Of a stretch of DNA of 64,000 nt, positions 26,899-41,477 are shown one piece after another. Location of the stretch: assembly GCA_951406725.2 (NCBI GenBank), contig OX597823.1, positions 22,692,001 through 22,756,000 of the forward strand, read 5' to 3'. The position numbers and the translations under genes are program-made. Source of the DNA: Octopus vulgaris. Taxonomy: Eukaryota. The notes under the pieces are model-generated. The model ran no database searches. It was not told the DNA's origin and was given only the letters and a program-made list of their open reading frames with translations. Within the stretch, counting starts at the first letter, position 1; the number at the start of each line of letters is the position of its first letter.

Positions 26899-27312
26899 GT
26901 GGCTGTGTGGTAAGTAGGAGTGGCTGTGTGGTAAGTAGCTTGCTAACCAACCACATGGTTCTGGGTTCAGTCCCACTGCGTGGCATCTTGGGCAAGTGTC
27001 TTCTGCTATAGCCCCGGGCCGACCAATGCCTTGTGAGTGGATTTGGTAGACGGAAACTGAAAGAAGCCCGTCGTATATATGTATATATATATATAAGTGT
27101 GTGTGTATATGTTTGTGTGTCTGTGTTTGTCCCCCTAGCATTGCTTGACAACCGATGCTGGTGTGTTTACGTCCCCGTCACTTAGCGGTTCGGCAAAAGA
27201 GACCGATAGAGTAAGTACTGGGCTTACAAAGAATAAGTCCCGGGGTCGATTTGCTCGACTAAAGGCGGTGCTCCAGCATGGCCGCAGTCAAATGACTGAA
27301 ACAAGTAAAAGA
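26899..27312 (+). mobile_element. SINE family A, full copy with duplicated 5' ~20 nt
   Basis: gtggctgtgtggtaagtag occurs twice at the head. Confidence 0.9.
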
Positions 27313-27860
27313 GAAAAGAGAGAGAGATAGAACATGAGTAAATTTACAAATTATACGCTTACTGTTGCAGCCATAGAACTGAAGCTGATTTGGCCAAAAT
27401 CTACATATACAAGGACACAAATACATACTGCAAAGCTGACATTAATGTTTACTCTGTGAGAATTTCATTACTATTAAATTATCATCATTTCAGTTAAATC
27501 TGTTTAAATCAACATTTCTGATCATCAGTCTATAATGTGAAAAGTAAATATTAGATTATTTTTGGCACAAAGAACAAATGTGGCCCGTTGGGTTTGAAAT
27601 GCCGGTCGGCTGATTTTGTGATAGATGCTTAATATTAATTTCCGAAATTTTATTTTTGATATTACATAGGTCTTATGCTGTATGATTATTACGTCAACAA
27701 AATGTTGATTATATCTTTGTAATATCCCTTGCAGTCACAAGCATACAATCTTGAAATCAGTATAATAAATTATTAGAATTGTATACATAGCATGAAAACA
27801 TGTAAATATCTTTATAAAAACACACTTATCTACTTACATATAGAAATTCTCTCACAACCA

Positions 27861-27900
<40 letters not shown>

Positions 27901-28104
27901 TGCACATAGGATTTGATATTCTGTAGTTTTGATCTGTGCTGTGTACGAAACTTGCGGCCCTTAAGTTACTTCTGTAACTTTTCTGCCGATTAAATACACA
28001 CACATATATACACACAGAAATACACACATACATATATATGCACACAGAAATATATACCCATACATACACACACATATCCATACATACATACATACATACA
28101 TACA

Positions 28105-28140
<36 letters not shown>

Positions 28141-28923
28141 GACACTCAAGTACACTTACGTGCAATCGCCGCCCTCTCCATACTTCAACATTCATATATC
28201 ACCATATAAAATCGATCAGTCAGAACTGACTAGAATATATCTACTATAATAACAATCAGAAACCACAATTTGATGGGAATTTTTCCCATCTCTTTAAGCT
28301 ATCATTAGACAACACACCGTTTTGTGGAGAGTAGGGAATACAACAACCACTCTCATGTTAAAGGTTATCGGCACTATCAACAGAGACTGAAAATATGTGA
28401 TAACATATATTAAACAATCAATATGTCTGTACATTGCTTAATATCACTCTGAAAATACCGAGGAGATAATGGCAATGCAATTATTACTCAATATTGTTAT
28501 TTAGATCTATGTCATCCCTGAACGGCCAGTTTTTGAACAATGGCATTTTAACCATTTTGTCTATCTAGGACTAAATTGTCCACTACATCCGTTTTTAAGA
28601 CGGTGGGCGTGATTTGATAAAGAATCTACTGTTAACCACTCTAAAAGCCTAGCACGGGCTAGTAGCAAAATTATAACATTTCATCTCGAACATTTCTTTC
28701 ATATATCCAGGTGCAAGAAATTTCCAAATATCTTCTACGTGAAGTATCAGCTGGTAACAAATATAGTTTATATAAAACCAGAACTAATCACCGTAACCCC
28801 ATTATTACCATACCTGAAAGAATGCGTTCTAGATAAAGTATGATGTGGTAGCAAAATTAATTTAGAATAGGGTAAGAAAATATAATTAACAAAGAAGAAA
28901 GGTGATGACATTGAGATCGATTA

Positions 28924-29518
28924 AGGCGGTGAGCTGGCAGAAACGTTAGCACACCGGGCGAAATGCTTAGCAGTATTTCGCCTGCCGTTACTTTCTGAGT
29001 TCAAATTCCGCCGAGGTCGACTTTGCCTTTCATCCTTTTGGGGTCGACTAAATAAGTACCAGTTACGCGCTGGGGTCGATATAATCGACTTAATCCGTTT
29101 GTCTGTCCTTGTTTGTCCTCTCTGTGTTTAGCACCCTGTGGGTAGTAAAGAAATAGGTAATTCGTCTGCCGTGACATTCAAATTCCGCCGAGGTCGGCTT
29201 TGCCTTTCATCCTTTCGGGGTCGATAAATTAAGTACCAGTAACGCACTTAATCGACTTAATCCATTTGTTTGTCCTTGTTTGTCCCCTCTATGTTTAGCC
29301 CCTTGTGGGCAATAAAGAAATAAGAAATGATAGCAAGCCGGGAGAAATGCTTAGCGGTATTTTGTCTTTACGTTCTGAGTTCAAATTCCGCCGAGGTCGA
29401 CTTTGCCTTTCATCCTTTCAGGATCGATAAATTAAGTACCAGTTGCGTACTGGAGTCGATCTAATCGTCTGGTCCCTCTCACAAAATTTCGGGCCTTGTG
29501 CCTAGAGTGGAGCAGAAT
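28924..29518 (+). mobile_element. SINE family B (Nin/Deu-like central domain), trimer
   Basis: Head GGCGGTGAGCTGGCAGAA; three units with GTTCAAATTCC B-box and gcctttcatcctttcggggtcgataaa. Confidence 0.85.
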
Positions 29519-29535
29519 GTATATATATATATATT

Positions 29536-29583
<48 letters not shown>

Positions 29584-29929
29584 CGCGTATGTAGATAGTT
29601 ATGTATGTTTGTATGTATGAATATATATAGCTATGTATATATTAATGTTTGCATGTATGTATGAATGTAGGTAGGTATGTTTTTATTTATGTATGTATGT
29701 GTGTATGTCTGTATGTATGTGTGTATGCATGTATGTATGTATCCATCCACATGCCATTTGAGATTTAGCGTTTATTTCGTCTGGGCCGATGGCAAAGTTC
29801 CAAAGAAAAGTTACGTAAAATAAAAAGAAAGTTAAATGAAAAAAAGTTTGATTTGTTCTTTCGTCATCCTTTTCGCAGTCATTCACCCTTTAAATCTGAA
29901 TAATGCTTTACAGATTTTTATTATGCCAA

Positions 29930-30524
29930 ATATGTATGTATGTATGTATGTATGTATGTGTGTATGTGTGTATGTGTGTATGTATGTATGTATGTGTGTG
30001 TGTGGATGTATGTATGTGTGTATGTATGTATGTATGTATGTATGTATGTATGTATGTATTTACGTATGTATCTATGTATGTATGTACGTATGTATCTATG
30101 TATGTGTGTGTGTATGTATGTATGTATGTATGTATGTATGTATGTATGTATGTATGTATGTATGTATGTATGTGTGTATGTATGTGTGCGTGTGTGTGTA
30201 TGTATGTATGTATGTATGTATGTATGTATGTATGTATGTATGTATGTATGTATGTATGTATGTATGTATGTATGTATGTACGTATGACGTATGTATATAT
30301 GTATGTATGTATGTATGTGTGTATGTATGTATGTATGTAGGTATGTATGTATGTGTGTATGTATGTATGTATGTGTGTATGTATGTATGTATGTATGTAT
30401 GTATGTATGTATGTATGCATGTACGTACTATGTATGTATGTATGTATGTATGTATGTACGTACGTACGTACGTACGTACGTATGTATGTATGTATGTATG
30501 TATGTATGTATGTATGTATGTATG
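29930..30524. repeat. (TATG)n microsatellite, ~600 bp
   Basis: Directly visible. Confidence 0.95.
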
Positions 30525-31046
30525 CTTGTTTTTAATTATTTGATTTCTTCCCGCAGAGAAATAACTGATTTCAAAGAAAGAAATGAAGCTCCACCAGTGG
30601 AATTTAGATAACAACGTTGGTAAAAGAAGTTAGGTGATGAACTTTAAAAAATATCTTGCATACTGTTTTCGTGTTCGCAAACAGATTCTAATTATAAAGT
30701 GTGTTTGCTCGTCTTTGAAAACTTAAGCTCTTCGAGAATGTCCATTATAAATTTAGTAACACAAAACAAAACGAACTAATGATTATAAGTATAAAAGTGA
30801 ATTTATAATCTGGTAGAGAAGTTGTTTGATACAATTTAGTTGTTTATAAATATTTCTGTTTGTCACCCAATTTTGAAAGAAACGTTCTCACTTACGAAAT
30901 GGCTGATTCCTATAAGCAATGCATAATATCTCCTTTCTGTCTCATACAGCTGTACCAGGCCTGTTTCATTGGCACATGGCAGAAGTTTCGATGACAATGT
31001 TCCACCAACATTCCCTTTTTGAAATGCATGTGGCTCTGCCGATAAG

Positions 31047-31154
<108 letters not shown>

Positions 31155-33264
31155 GCACGCACACACACACACTCACGCACACTCTCTCTCTCACACACAC
31201 ACACATTTGTATGAAACAAATTGGTTATTATAGATTCAACTCCACACAAAATATTGTTTTAGTGATTCATTTGATTATAACTTAATTCATAGGGTTTCAA
31301 GTACATCCATTATCAGCGTAGAAAATCGAAGTAATAAAGTATTTTGTTTTAAAAAGAAAGGGAAAGAAGACGAAGTGAAAGAAAGGCATGTCAATAAATG
31401 TCCTTTCAATGCAACACTATTCTGAAAGTACAATGTAGAGACGTTTGAACAACCGCGGAAGATTGTGACGTTAGAGCTGATAAAATTGACAAAAGATTAT
31501 TATTTCAGTGGTTGAAATTATCAAATTCGAATAAAACGAACCCCTTTTACGTCTCAATATAAGCATAAAAGCTACAACTGCAAGCAATATTCTACAGAGA
31601 TGTGAAATTCTACAAAGCTTTATTCGTCATTTGCAGCAAAATTATTGACACCTGAAAAATGTTGGAAAGGCAACTAGAAGTTTGAAAACAGAATAAATCA
31701 ATTTAAGCTTCAAAAACTAATTCATTTTTTCATAAAACATAGTAACAATTGATGAAATTCCATTCTCCTTTCATGCGCTTGACACAAAATGCTAATCAAG
31801 TGAGTAAAATCGCCAGAGGAAGCAGCCGCAAGAAATAAATTTGAGTGTCGGTCATTCATTGTAAAGCTCTGACGATAACAATCTTTTGGAATTCATTGAC
31901 AGTTATTCAAGTTGGTTTAGCAAGAAATGGTATGGTAATTAGGAGTACACAATACTCTAACGTGGCGTAGTAAATGAGAAAGAAACAAAGGTACAATAAA
32001 AGTTTTCAATCTCTATTTTCTGCAGGGCGATGATCTAGTAGATACTTGAGGATTGACATCAACAACTTAAGCATATTCGGGAATATTCTTCCTTCCAAAT
32101 TCTCCTTACATCCCAGTCCTTGTCACATTTGACATCTTTTCCAATACTTGAAAAAAGTTGAGATAAAAAGAAAACAGGGCATAGGATATAAAAGGGGTAG
32201 TACTGATTCTTTGTGGGGACGCATTGACCAGATTTCTTTAAAAAGGTGTTCGAAGAGTTCGTGCTAGCGTTCTCTTTTCTAATTCCTATGAGAAGTATTT
32301 TCCATGTTTGATCTAGAACAGGCTTCCCTAATGATATTATCGTATACTGTTTCAATAACATTATGCCACACAGGAAAGCAATATCTTGATGGCATTGTTT
32401 GGAAATTTGTTGATTATATGTGTAATATCTTCCACAGTTATGACATCGACATTTTCAATTGGATGTTGCGTGTTTAAAAGCCTTGCTGTCTTGTTTGGTT
32501 ATTAGATATTTCGTAGATATTCTCTGTTCTAGGATTGCGACAGCATACATCTTCTATGGGATATTACACGTACTGTCAATATTAATATCATCCTCAAATT
32601 TACACGGAATATACCTGTATATAACCTTGTTTATTTTATACACTGTTTCTCTTCTATGTTTTCGTTGAGATACGCTAAAGAAACATCAGTGTCGCATTGT
32701 ACGTCATCGGGAAGTGATTACTTCTAGCAAATTTTATTCCTGACCCACAGAAAATGTTGTAATCTTCATATTTAAGCACTTGGTTACTGTGTTTAAAGGT
32801 GCTGTTTAGGCAGATGCTGACTAAATGGTATCATACAACACTCAAAGACTGTCTGTATGTGCACTGACCTTGCGTCTCTTCTCTTTGCCTCGCGAGTCTT
32901 ATGGAATGAAGTCAGCATTCAAATGACGACAAGATTTTGTAGGATTCAAATATCGATGGAGCGGACTTCCTTTATAGTTCAGTCAAATATTCGAAATGTT
33001 GAAACCATACTGGGATATATTTTTCTTTCATTTCGTCCATCTTTTCGGTCTGAGTTCAAATTCCGCCGAGGTCGACTTAGCCGTTCATCCTTTCGGAGTC
33101 GATAAATTAAGTACCAGTTGAGCACTGGGGTTAATGTAACTGACTAGCCCCCTTCCCGCAAATGTCAAGCCTTGTGCCTACAGTAGAAAATAATATAATA
33201 ATATTCTCTGGTTATCCTGTATTTGCTGACAATCCTTTTGTATGATACATTTCCACCGTTTAAT

Positions 33265-33328
33265 ATGTATGGAAACATGTATGGAAACATGTATGGAAGC
33301 ATGTATGGAAGCATGTATGGAAGCATGT
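33265..33328. repeat. 12-bp minisatellite ATGTATGGAA(A/G)C x5
   Basis: Directly visible. Confidence 0.9.
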
Positions 33329-33555
33329 GTACACGTATGTATGAATATATTCATTTATTCGTTTATGCATTTATGTAACTATGTACATATCTATGTATAT
33401 AGGTACGAATGTGTATATATGTACGTATGTATGAGTTTGTGTGTGCGCGTGTACCTGCATATGTGTGTGTATGCGCGTTTATGTGTTTGTGTATGTATGC
33501 ATGTATGTATGTCTGTATGCATGTATGCATGCATGTATGTATGTATGTATGTATA

Positions 33556-33974
33556 CTTTTACTTGTTTCAGTCATTTGACTGTGGTCATGCTGGAGCACT
33601 GCTTTTTTTTAGTCGAGCAAATCGACCCCAGGACTTATTCTTTTTAAGCCTAGTACTTATTCTATCGCTCTCTTTTGCCGAACTGCTAAGTTTCGGGGAC
33701 GTAAAGACACCAGCATCGGTTGTCAAGCGATGTTGGTGGTGGTGTGGACGGGACGAAAACAGACACACAAACATACACACACACAAACATACATATATAT
33801 ATATACATATATACGACGGGCTTCTTTCAGTTTCCGTCTACCAAATCCACTCACAAGGCTTTGGTCGGCCCGAGGCTACAGTACAAGGCACTTGCCTAAG
33901 GTACCCCGCAGTGGGACTGAACCTGGAACCATGTGGTTCGTAAGCAAGCTACTTACCACACAGCCACTCTTACG
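33556..33974 (-). mobile_element. SINE family A, full copy
   Basis: Homologous to 12755-13173. Confidence 0.88.
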
Positions 33975-34208
33975 CTTGTGTTTTTATATTTTCTCTTCTC
34001 GACTGAAGTTGTACTGTTAATGATGAGCGGCAAGGTTGTAAAGAAAATATATAAAATTTTAAAAGATACTTCCATTCTTATGCAAACTTTCACCCTTTAA
34101 ACTTTGAATATACAAATTTTAAAGTATCGCAGACTTTCAAAGTCTCAAATATCATCATCACCTATAGTGTGCTAACGTTTCTGCCAGCTCGCCGCCTTTA
34201 TATTTATA

Positions 34209-34722
34209 TTGGGTTGTCCGGAAAGATTGTGCCAATTTTTAAAGGAAAGAAAAAGGTCAATAAATACTTGCCATTACATTTTAAATCAACCAAATATGAA
34301 TCATTTTGTTGCACAATGAGGTGGTTTCATAGCAAAGAATTCATCAAGGTATATTTTTACGTCATCCAAGTAATTGAAATTTTTACCATTAAGACTATTC
34401 TGTAGAGACCTGAATAAGTGGAAATCCGAAGGAGCAATATCTGGTGAATATGGAGGGTGTGGTAACACATCGCAGCCGAGCTGCAGCAATTTTTGTCTGG
34501 TTCCCAAAGCATCAAGTGCCGAAAATGAACTTTTTTATCTTCCATTTTAAAGGGTTACAGAATTAACACAGCTCACAGGAACATAAACCTTCTTCCACGA
34601 AAATATAGCTTAAACAGTGCTCTAAATGGAGGTGTAGTCAAATCCTATTTTATGGACTCAACCATGTTACCATTCGAAAGGTAGGCTACTATAAATCGGT
34701 ACGAACTTTCCGGACAACCCAA
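34209..34722 (-). mobile_element. Internally deleted mariner element
   Basis: TIRs TTGGGTTGTCCGGAAAG / CTTTCCGGACAACCCAA. N-terminal MEDKKVHFRHLML is joined to HPPYSPDIAPSDFHLF. Confidence 0.92.
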
Positions 34723-34726
34723 TGTG

Positions 34727-34808
<82 letters not shown>

Positions 34809-35360
34809 CATACATACATACATACATACATACATACATACATACATACATACATACATACATAGGAGGTAGCAACAGAATAAGTGATGTATAAAAATGA
34901 ACGGGATGCAGGTAAAATACTCATATGTGATATTCGTTGCAGTCTCCTCGGAAGAAACACTGAGGATGTTCCCCGCATCATAAGCAGCTTCTGAAAACAC
35001 CATCATGTTACTATCTACCTACGAGGCATCATGTCTCGCAAGTAGAACACAGCTATTCCTGAAAGCACTGAAGACTAAAACGGATTTTTTCTAAAGATCT
35101 ACTTCTAAAAAGTTATAAGATATAATCAGCCATAATAAGGAAGTCTATTCGTGTAACGACTCTGTCAAAACTTCTGCAAAAATGTTGACACAACAGACTC
35201 GACATAATACTCGAAGGCAGTGAAAACAAATTATGCACTGTAATAGAAAAGAGTTGTCCAGTAGATATGAATATAATATCCGTTACGAATTTTACCTCAA
35301 AGTTAGCAATTTGGAGGAAGAGGTAAGTCAACTATATCGACACCAGTGATCATCTGGGTA

Positions 35361-35665
35361 TAGGCGTGATGGCCCAGTGGTTAGGGTAGCAGACTCGCGG
35401 TCGGAGGATCGGGGTTTCGATTCCCAGACCGAGCGTTGTGTGTTTATTGAGCGAAAACACCTAAAGCTCCACGAGGCTCCGGCAGGGGGTAGTGGCAACC
35501 GCTGTTGTACTCTTTCGCCCCAACTTTCTCTCACTCTTTCTTCCTGTTTCTTGAGTAACGCTGCGATGGACTGGCGTCCCGTCCAGCTGAGGGGAACACA
35601 TACGCCACAGAAACCGGGAAACCGGGCCCTTGAGCCTGGCTAGGCTTGAAAAGAGCGAGAAAGTA
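35361..35665 (+). mobile_element. SINE family C with alternative tail
   Basis: First ~190 nt match 21581-21390, then a different 3' tail similar to 26710-26790. Confidence 0.8.
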
Positions 35666-36419
35666 AGAAAGTGATCAACTGGTACTTATTTCATCGACCC
35701 CGGAAGGATGAAAGGCAAAGTCGACATCGGTGGAATTTGAGCACAGAACACGGAGACGGACGAAATGCTGCAAAACATTTTTCCTTAATAGCGTTTCATG
35801 CGTCATTACGTTTCGAAGCCGTTAGCCGGAGAAAATATCAATGGCGAACGAATGAAAAATCTGCATGTTCTACACCCTGACGTATTCTAACTTGAAATTT
35901 ATTCATAGCTGTGTTTAATGGGGTACTTACAAATGTAACCCACAGGTAGCGATCTTAATAGCATACACGCGATAAATAGCAAATTTCAATTTCAACTAAT
36001 AGTGGAATTGTAAAAATTATGTGAAACATTCCAGATGTTCAGCCTGTAAAGTATATGCGCAGACATGTTTAGACACGTGGGTAAGCATATATAAGCCAAA
36101 ACATAAACATTCACGGATAATTGATTGACATGCTTACATGAAAACATACATGCAAATACATACATGCGTTTAGATACGTACACACAAACGGCGGTGCTAC
36201 AGCATGTGCAAATCCTTTGGTTGAAACAAATAAATGTACATAGATATAGGGCTACTTATTCGATGCCTTCTTAAATTCCAATGAAACAGTCATTTCACTA
36301 TTGCCGAGAAATGTGATCACTACAACCAGAACATGTACGTACATACTTAAATATTAGCACGCATATTTATACGCATACATACATTAATAACGCATAAATA
36401 AATACATATATACATACAT

Positions 36420-36454
36420 GCATTTATATCTGTATGTATATCTGTATCTATCTG

Positions 36455-36502
<48 letters not shown>

Positions 36503-36556
36503 GCTAGCTAGCTATCTATCTATATATATATATATATATATATAGATATATAGATA

Positions 36557-36592
<36 letters not shown>

Positions 36593-36614
36593 TGTATATG
36601 TATGTATGTATATG

Positions 36615-36646
<32 letters not shown>

Positions 36647-37298
36647 TATTTATATATATTTATATACATATATATGTATATATGTATATATATGTGTATA
36701 TATATATGTACATATATACATATATATATAAATATATATATATGTGTGTATATATGTATATGTATATATATATATATGTATATGTATATATATATGTATA
36801 TATATGTATGAATGTATGTATGTATGTATGTATGTGTGTATGTATGTAAGTATATGTAAATGAATGTATGCATGCATACACAAAAAGATAAAGAGTACAT
36901 CCAATAGAGAAAATATAATTTTCATTCCACTCACTATAAATTCTCCATTAAACCTATCATTAACATTATTTCTCTTACCGTTACATGTGTTCGTGGTATC
37001 TTAGCTAATAGCTAATAGCTATACATACATACATACATACATACATACATACATAAATACATACATACATACACACACGTACACATACATACATACATAC
37101 ATACATGCATACATACATACATACATACATACACACACACGCACACACATATACATACATACATACATACATACATACATACATACATACATACATACAT
37201 ACACACACAATACATACATACATACATACATACATACATACATACATACATACATACATACATACATACATACATACATACATACATACATACATACA
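36420..37298. repeat. Compound (TATC)/(TA)/(TATG)/(CATA) microsatellite block
   Basis: Directly visible, with a short unique spacer. Confidence 0.9.
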
Positions 37299-38884
37299 TG
37301 GAGTAGCAACAGAATAACTGATGCACAAAAGGGAAAAGGAAACAGGTAAAATATTCACAGAAACATTTTGAAAGAGGATTTTGGTCTAACACAGAGTTTG
37401 AAGAGACAGTGAACAGCAGAATCGGCGCAGTATCGAACTAAATACCTTATGATATTTAATTATGAGTCTTTTGGTTCTGAATAAAAATCCCATTAAAAAC
37501 GACTATGCTGTTCAGCCTCACAAATTCTGTAACATATCGTATAAATCATATGAGTGCCAAGGATCACAGGACGTGTAGCCTTCTCCTTTGTTAAAAATAC
37601 TATTTTATTTATGTGGGTTGCAAAAGTCGTTAGAACTTACGAAAAAATGCCTTGCGGTATTTATTCTAGCTTTTTACATTCTGCGTAAAAATCAAACCGG
37701 AATAAATATTTGCTTCGCCCTTCTGCGGTTGATAAAGTCAAGGACTAAGATGGACCAGAACCTTTCCTCAAATTTATAAGCATACAATTAGGTAAGAATA
37801 TTTTTTTAATGTTGCTCTGTCCAGGTGTATCCTTGTCCAACAAAGTTTGGATTTTTTTCCTTTTTTTTTTTACCTAGTATGATCGAAGGAAACATTTCTT
37901 TTTAGATAATTTTTCAACCGGAAATCTCATGAAGTGCGTTTAACATCTTATCCTCGCTACAATAAGAGACATAAGATTTGTCAAATTTTAAGACAAGTTT
38001 GCTTTTCAGTTTTTGTTTGCACCCAATTTAAGATAATTTCTTGTCAAAAACACTTCCCTTTAGTTAAAAGGGGAAATGAACGAAGCTAAAGAAAAGCAAA
38101 TTTAATTTCACAGCAAAGCTCATGCATTACACATGAAAGAAACCAATCATAATTTAACAGTGAAAAACCATTAATTTGAACAATTTGGGCTTATTCTACG
38201 AACAACTTCAACACAAACACACCACACACACACACATCTGCTAATCGAAGAAAACAATCTATTTTTATGACCGGTGTTGTTATAAGCATCACAAACTTCA
38301 ATAATTCCTTTGCTAGATCTGTCAACCTCGAGAAACATTGAACGTGAGTGATCAACAACCAACCTGTTCCATACAATTGTGTGTGTGAAGGGGGGGGACT
38401 TATTGGCAGAGCCACGTTTATCTCAAAAAAGCAATGTTGGTAGAACATTCCCATCGAAACTTCTGCCATGTGCAAATGAAACAGGTTTGATACAGTTGAT
38501 ATAGTTCTGGTCGATTTTCTTCTCAAAGGAGGAATACAGATTACTTTTTTTTGGCTTCGATTGGTTGTTGCAGGAATACCAGCAGGACGCAAAAGAGTTA
38601 ATTGAGGGAGTAATGTAAAAGGTTTATTGCCTCCATACTTGTAAAATTTGTTTCCTTTGTGATGGACTTCTAGTCCAATTTTTTGTATATATTTGTAAGA
38701 GGTTTAATACCTCTATATATGTTGTTTTTAACGAACAATGTTTTAGAGAAGCAGGTGGCCGGCGGGCGCTTTCTGTCTTCTCTCATCTTTATCATCTTGT
38801 ATTATTAACATTCGCCTCATTAATGCCTTGTCCAGCTCACAGCTACACTATATACTGCCTTTGTGGCAAATAAAATGAAATAAA

Positions 38885-39049
38885 GTAGCTTGCTTATCAA
38901 CCACATGGTCCACGGGTTCAATCACACTGCGCTGCACCTTGGGCAAGTGTCTTCTATTATAGCTTTGGGCCGACCAAAGCCTTGTGATTGGATTTGGTAG
39001 ACGGAAACTGAAAGAAGCCCGTCGTATATATATATATATATATATATAT

Positions 39050-39096
<47 letters not shown>

Positions 39097-39292
39097 TGTG
39101 TTTGTCCCCCGAACATCGCTTGACAACCGATGCTGGTGTGTTTATGTCCCCGTAATTTAGCGGTTTGGCAAAAAGAGACGATAGAATAAGTACTAGGCTT
39201 ACTTACAAAGAATAAGTCCTGGGGGCCGATTTGCTCGACTAAAGGCGGTGCTCCAGCATTGCCGCAGGCAAATGACTGAGGCAAGTAAAAGA
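38885..39292 (+). mobile_element. SINE family A, 5'-clipped
   Basis: Homologous to 26899-27312. Confidence 0.88.
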
Positions 39293-40389
39293 AAGAATAA
39301 AAGAATAAGTCTCTCATAAGAGATTCTATCACAAGAATAAAGCGGAGTAGAACAGACTGCGATCTTCCCCACCAGATGGCGTTAGAACAGCCAGCTATAT
39401 CCCCACAGGTTTTGACTTGAAGATAAGAAATGAAGTGGATGCTCATGACCATTTCTCCCTACAGGTTGGAGAGAGGGGAAATGAAGATATATTTCGATCG
39501 GAGACTTGGCCCAAATACAGGGCGGGTCTCGCTAAAGGCTTACAAAAGCCAGATGGAATGGTATCAACTTGAGCCATGGATTTACCCTACCATATAGATA
39601 TGCTGCGGTCAGATTTGAACTCAGAATCCGACACTCGGGCGATTCCACCACTTCACCATCTTGGATTGGTATTATATCTATCGATCCGGAAGGATGAATT
39701 CAAAGGGATTTGAACTTCGAACGCAAGAAGCAGGAATAAATGTCACAAGACTTCCCCGTCTGCCGCTCTAACAACTTCGAGAATTTGCCGTCTGCATTAA
39801 TTGGTGAGGCGGGAATATTGTCAGAAGTGTTCGAAAGAAACTTACTCAGATGTTAGAATAAATAAGGAAATGACACATTAGCTAAAATACTCCGACATAC
39901 CTTTCAGTAGACGGGAAGGTCACGGCTGGAATGCCTTTGATCATGGGTCTGATGTGGAGCTAAATAACAACAACATCAGTAATAAGATATAATTAGGTGA
40001 GAATAGCTTATTTTCTTTCCAGCTCTTTAACTGCTTTCACACATGGTTAACCAAATATATATATACATGTTTATTTATACACACACACACACACACATAC
40101 ATGCACACACATATATATGTATGCACACACATACATGCACACATACATACATGCATGCACGCATTCATACATACATACATACGTGCGTATACGTGTCTCT
40201 TGTATTTGTATTTGTGTGTACTTTATGAGTTTATATTATACGGGGGATGTGCTGCCACAAATAGGACGGTATTTCAAAACGTTTTGTATTCAAAAAATGA
40301 CTGACTTACGGGATGCAAGATAAGTGAGTATGTGTCGGTGGTGGTGGTGATGGGGTAAATAGGTGAGGTATGCGTGTATACATAACTGA

Positions 40390-40448
<59 letters not shown>

Positions 40449-40451
40449 CAC

Positions 40452-40503
<52 letters not shown>

Positions 40504-40525
40504 GTGTGCTTCCATGCGTCTGTAA

Positions 40526-40562
<37 letters not shown>

Positions 40563-40721
40563 CGTGTATATACACTCTCACACACACATTTATTTTTTTT
40601 TTCTAGTTTCAGCTCAGAGCTGCGGACATGCTGATGCACCGCCGTTTTGTGCTTCACTGTAATTACGACGAACCTCGTCTAATATGTGGCACTTGGTAAA
40701 GAATGGAGTTTGATACAGCTA

Positions 40722-40770
<49 letters not shown>

Positions 40771-40930
40771 TCTCATGTTTATATGTGTTATATAAAGATA
40801 CAGATATATCCATGCATACATAAACATTCATATATCTGTTGCTGAAGCTTAAAATACTTTAGCAGTTGCTCTAGGCATAGAGTTTAATGTATTACAATTC
40901 TCTCTTTCTCTCTCTCGCTCTCTCTCTCTC

Positions 40931-40984
<54 letters not shown>

Positions 40985-41152
40985 ACACAAACACACATTA
41001 CATTGCGTTCGCACGATAGGGCCGAGGCGTAACTCATGACAGTAACTGACCAGTTTCGTTTCAGTACAGAAAACATGCAAATCAAATGAAACTAGTCGGC
41101 CATCGCTAAAAATGCCTTACAAAATAAATATGCATTGAGTTCTCTCTTCTAT

Positions 41153-41198
<46 letters not shown>

Positions 41199-41329
41199 AA
41201 TAGAGAGAGAGAGAGAAAACGACAGAAGGCTTGAATGTTAAAAAATATATATATTTGCGTCAATATGTCTGAAGAATATTAGAAAATTAAAAAAAAAAAT
41301 TTTTTCCCTCTTATAATGACATACATTAA

Positions 41330-41368
41330 AAGAAATACCGGTTTCGCGTGTAGCTTTTCAAATTTCTT
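41330..41368 (-). ncRNA. Minimal type I hammerhead-like motif (U3:A8 core variant) in PLE 3' region
   Basis: Minus strand aagaaat-TTGAAAA-gc tacac gc-GAAA-C CG-GTA-tttctt; palindromic stem III ACCGGT; one extra U at the stem I/core junction. Confidence 0.6.
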
Positions 41369-41477
41369 GTGACGTTATGTTTATATTGCATGGAGTTATC
41401 GTTGTGTTTATTTTCAGGAGATTTCTAAATAAGGGGAGGTAGTGAGTGATTTCTTCCGGTGTAAGGGAGATAATCGC

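Noticed and set aside
28924-29518. CRISPR-like regular repeats
   Set aside because: Units are SINE bodies without unique spacers; eukaryotic context and no cas genes.
31250-32800. Non-repetitive stretch with short ORFs
   Set aside because: No recognisable motif or consistent splice signals; likely old TE debris.
41040-41101. GAAACTAGTC / GAAACTGGTC strings near the PLE 3' end (and GAAACTACTC at ~45330)
   Set aside because: No catalytic core or stem II in either orientation.
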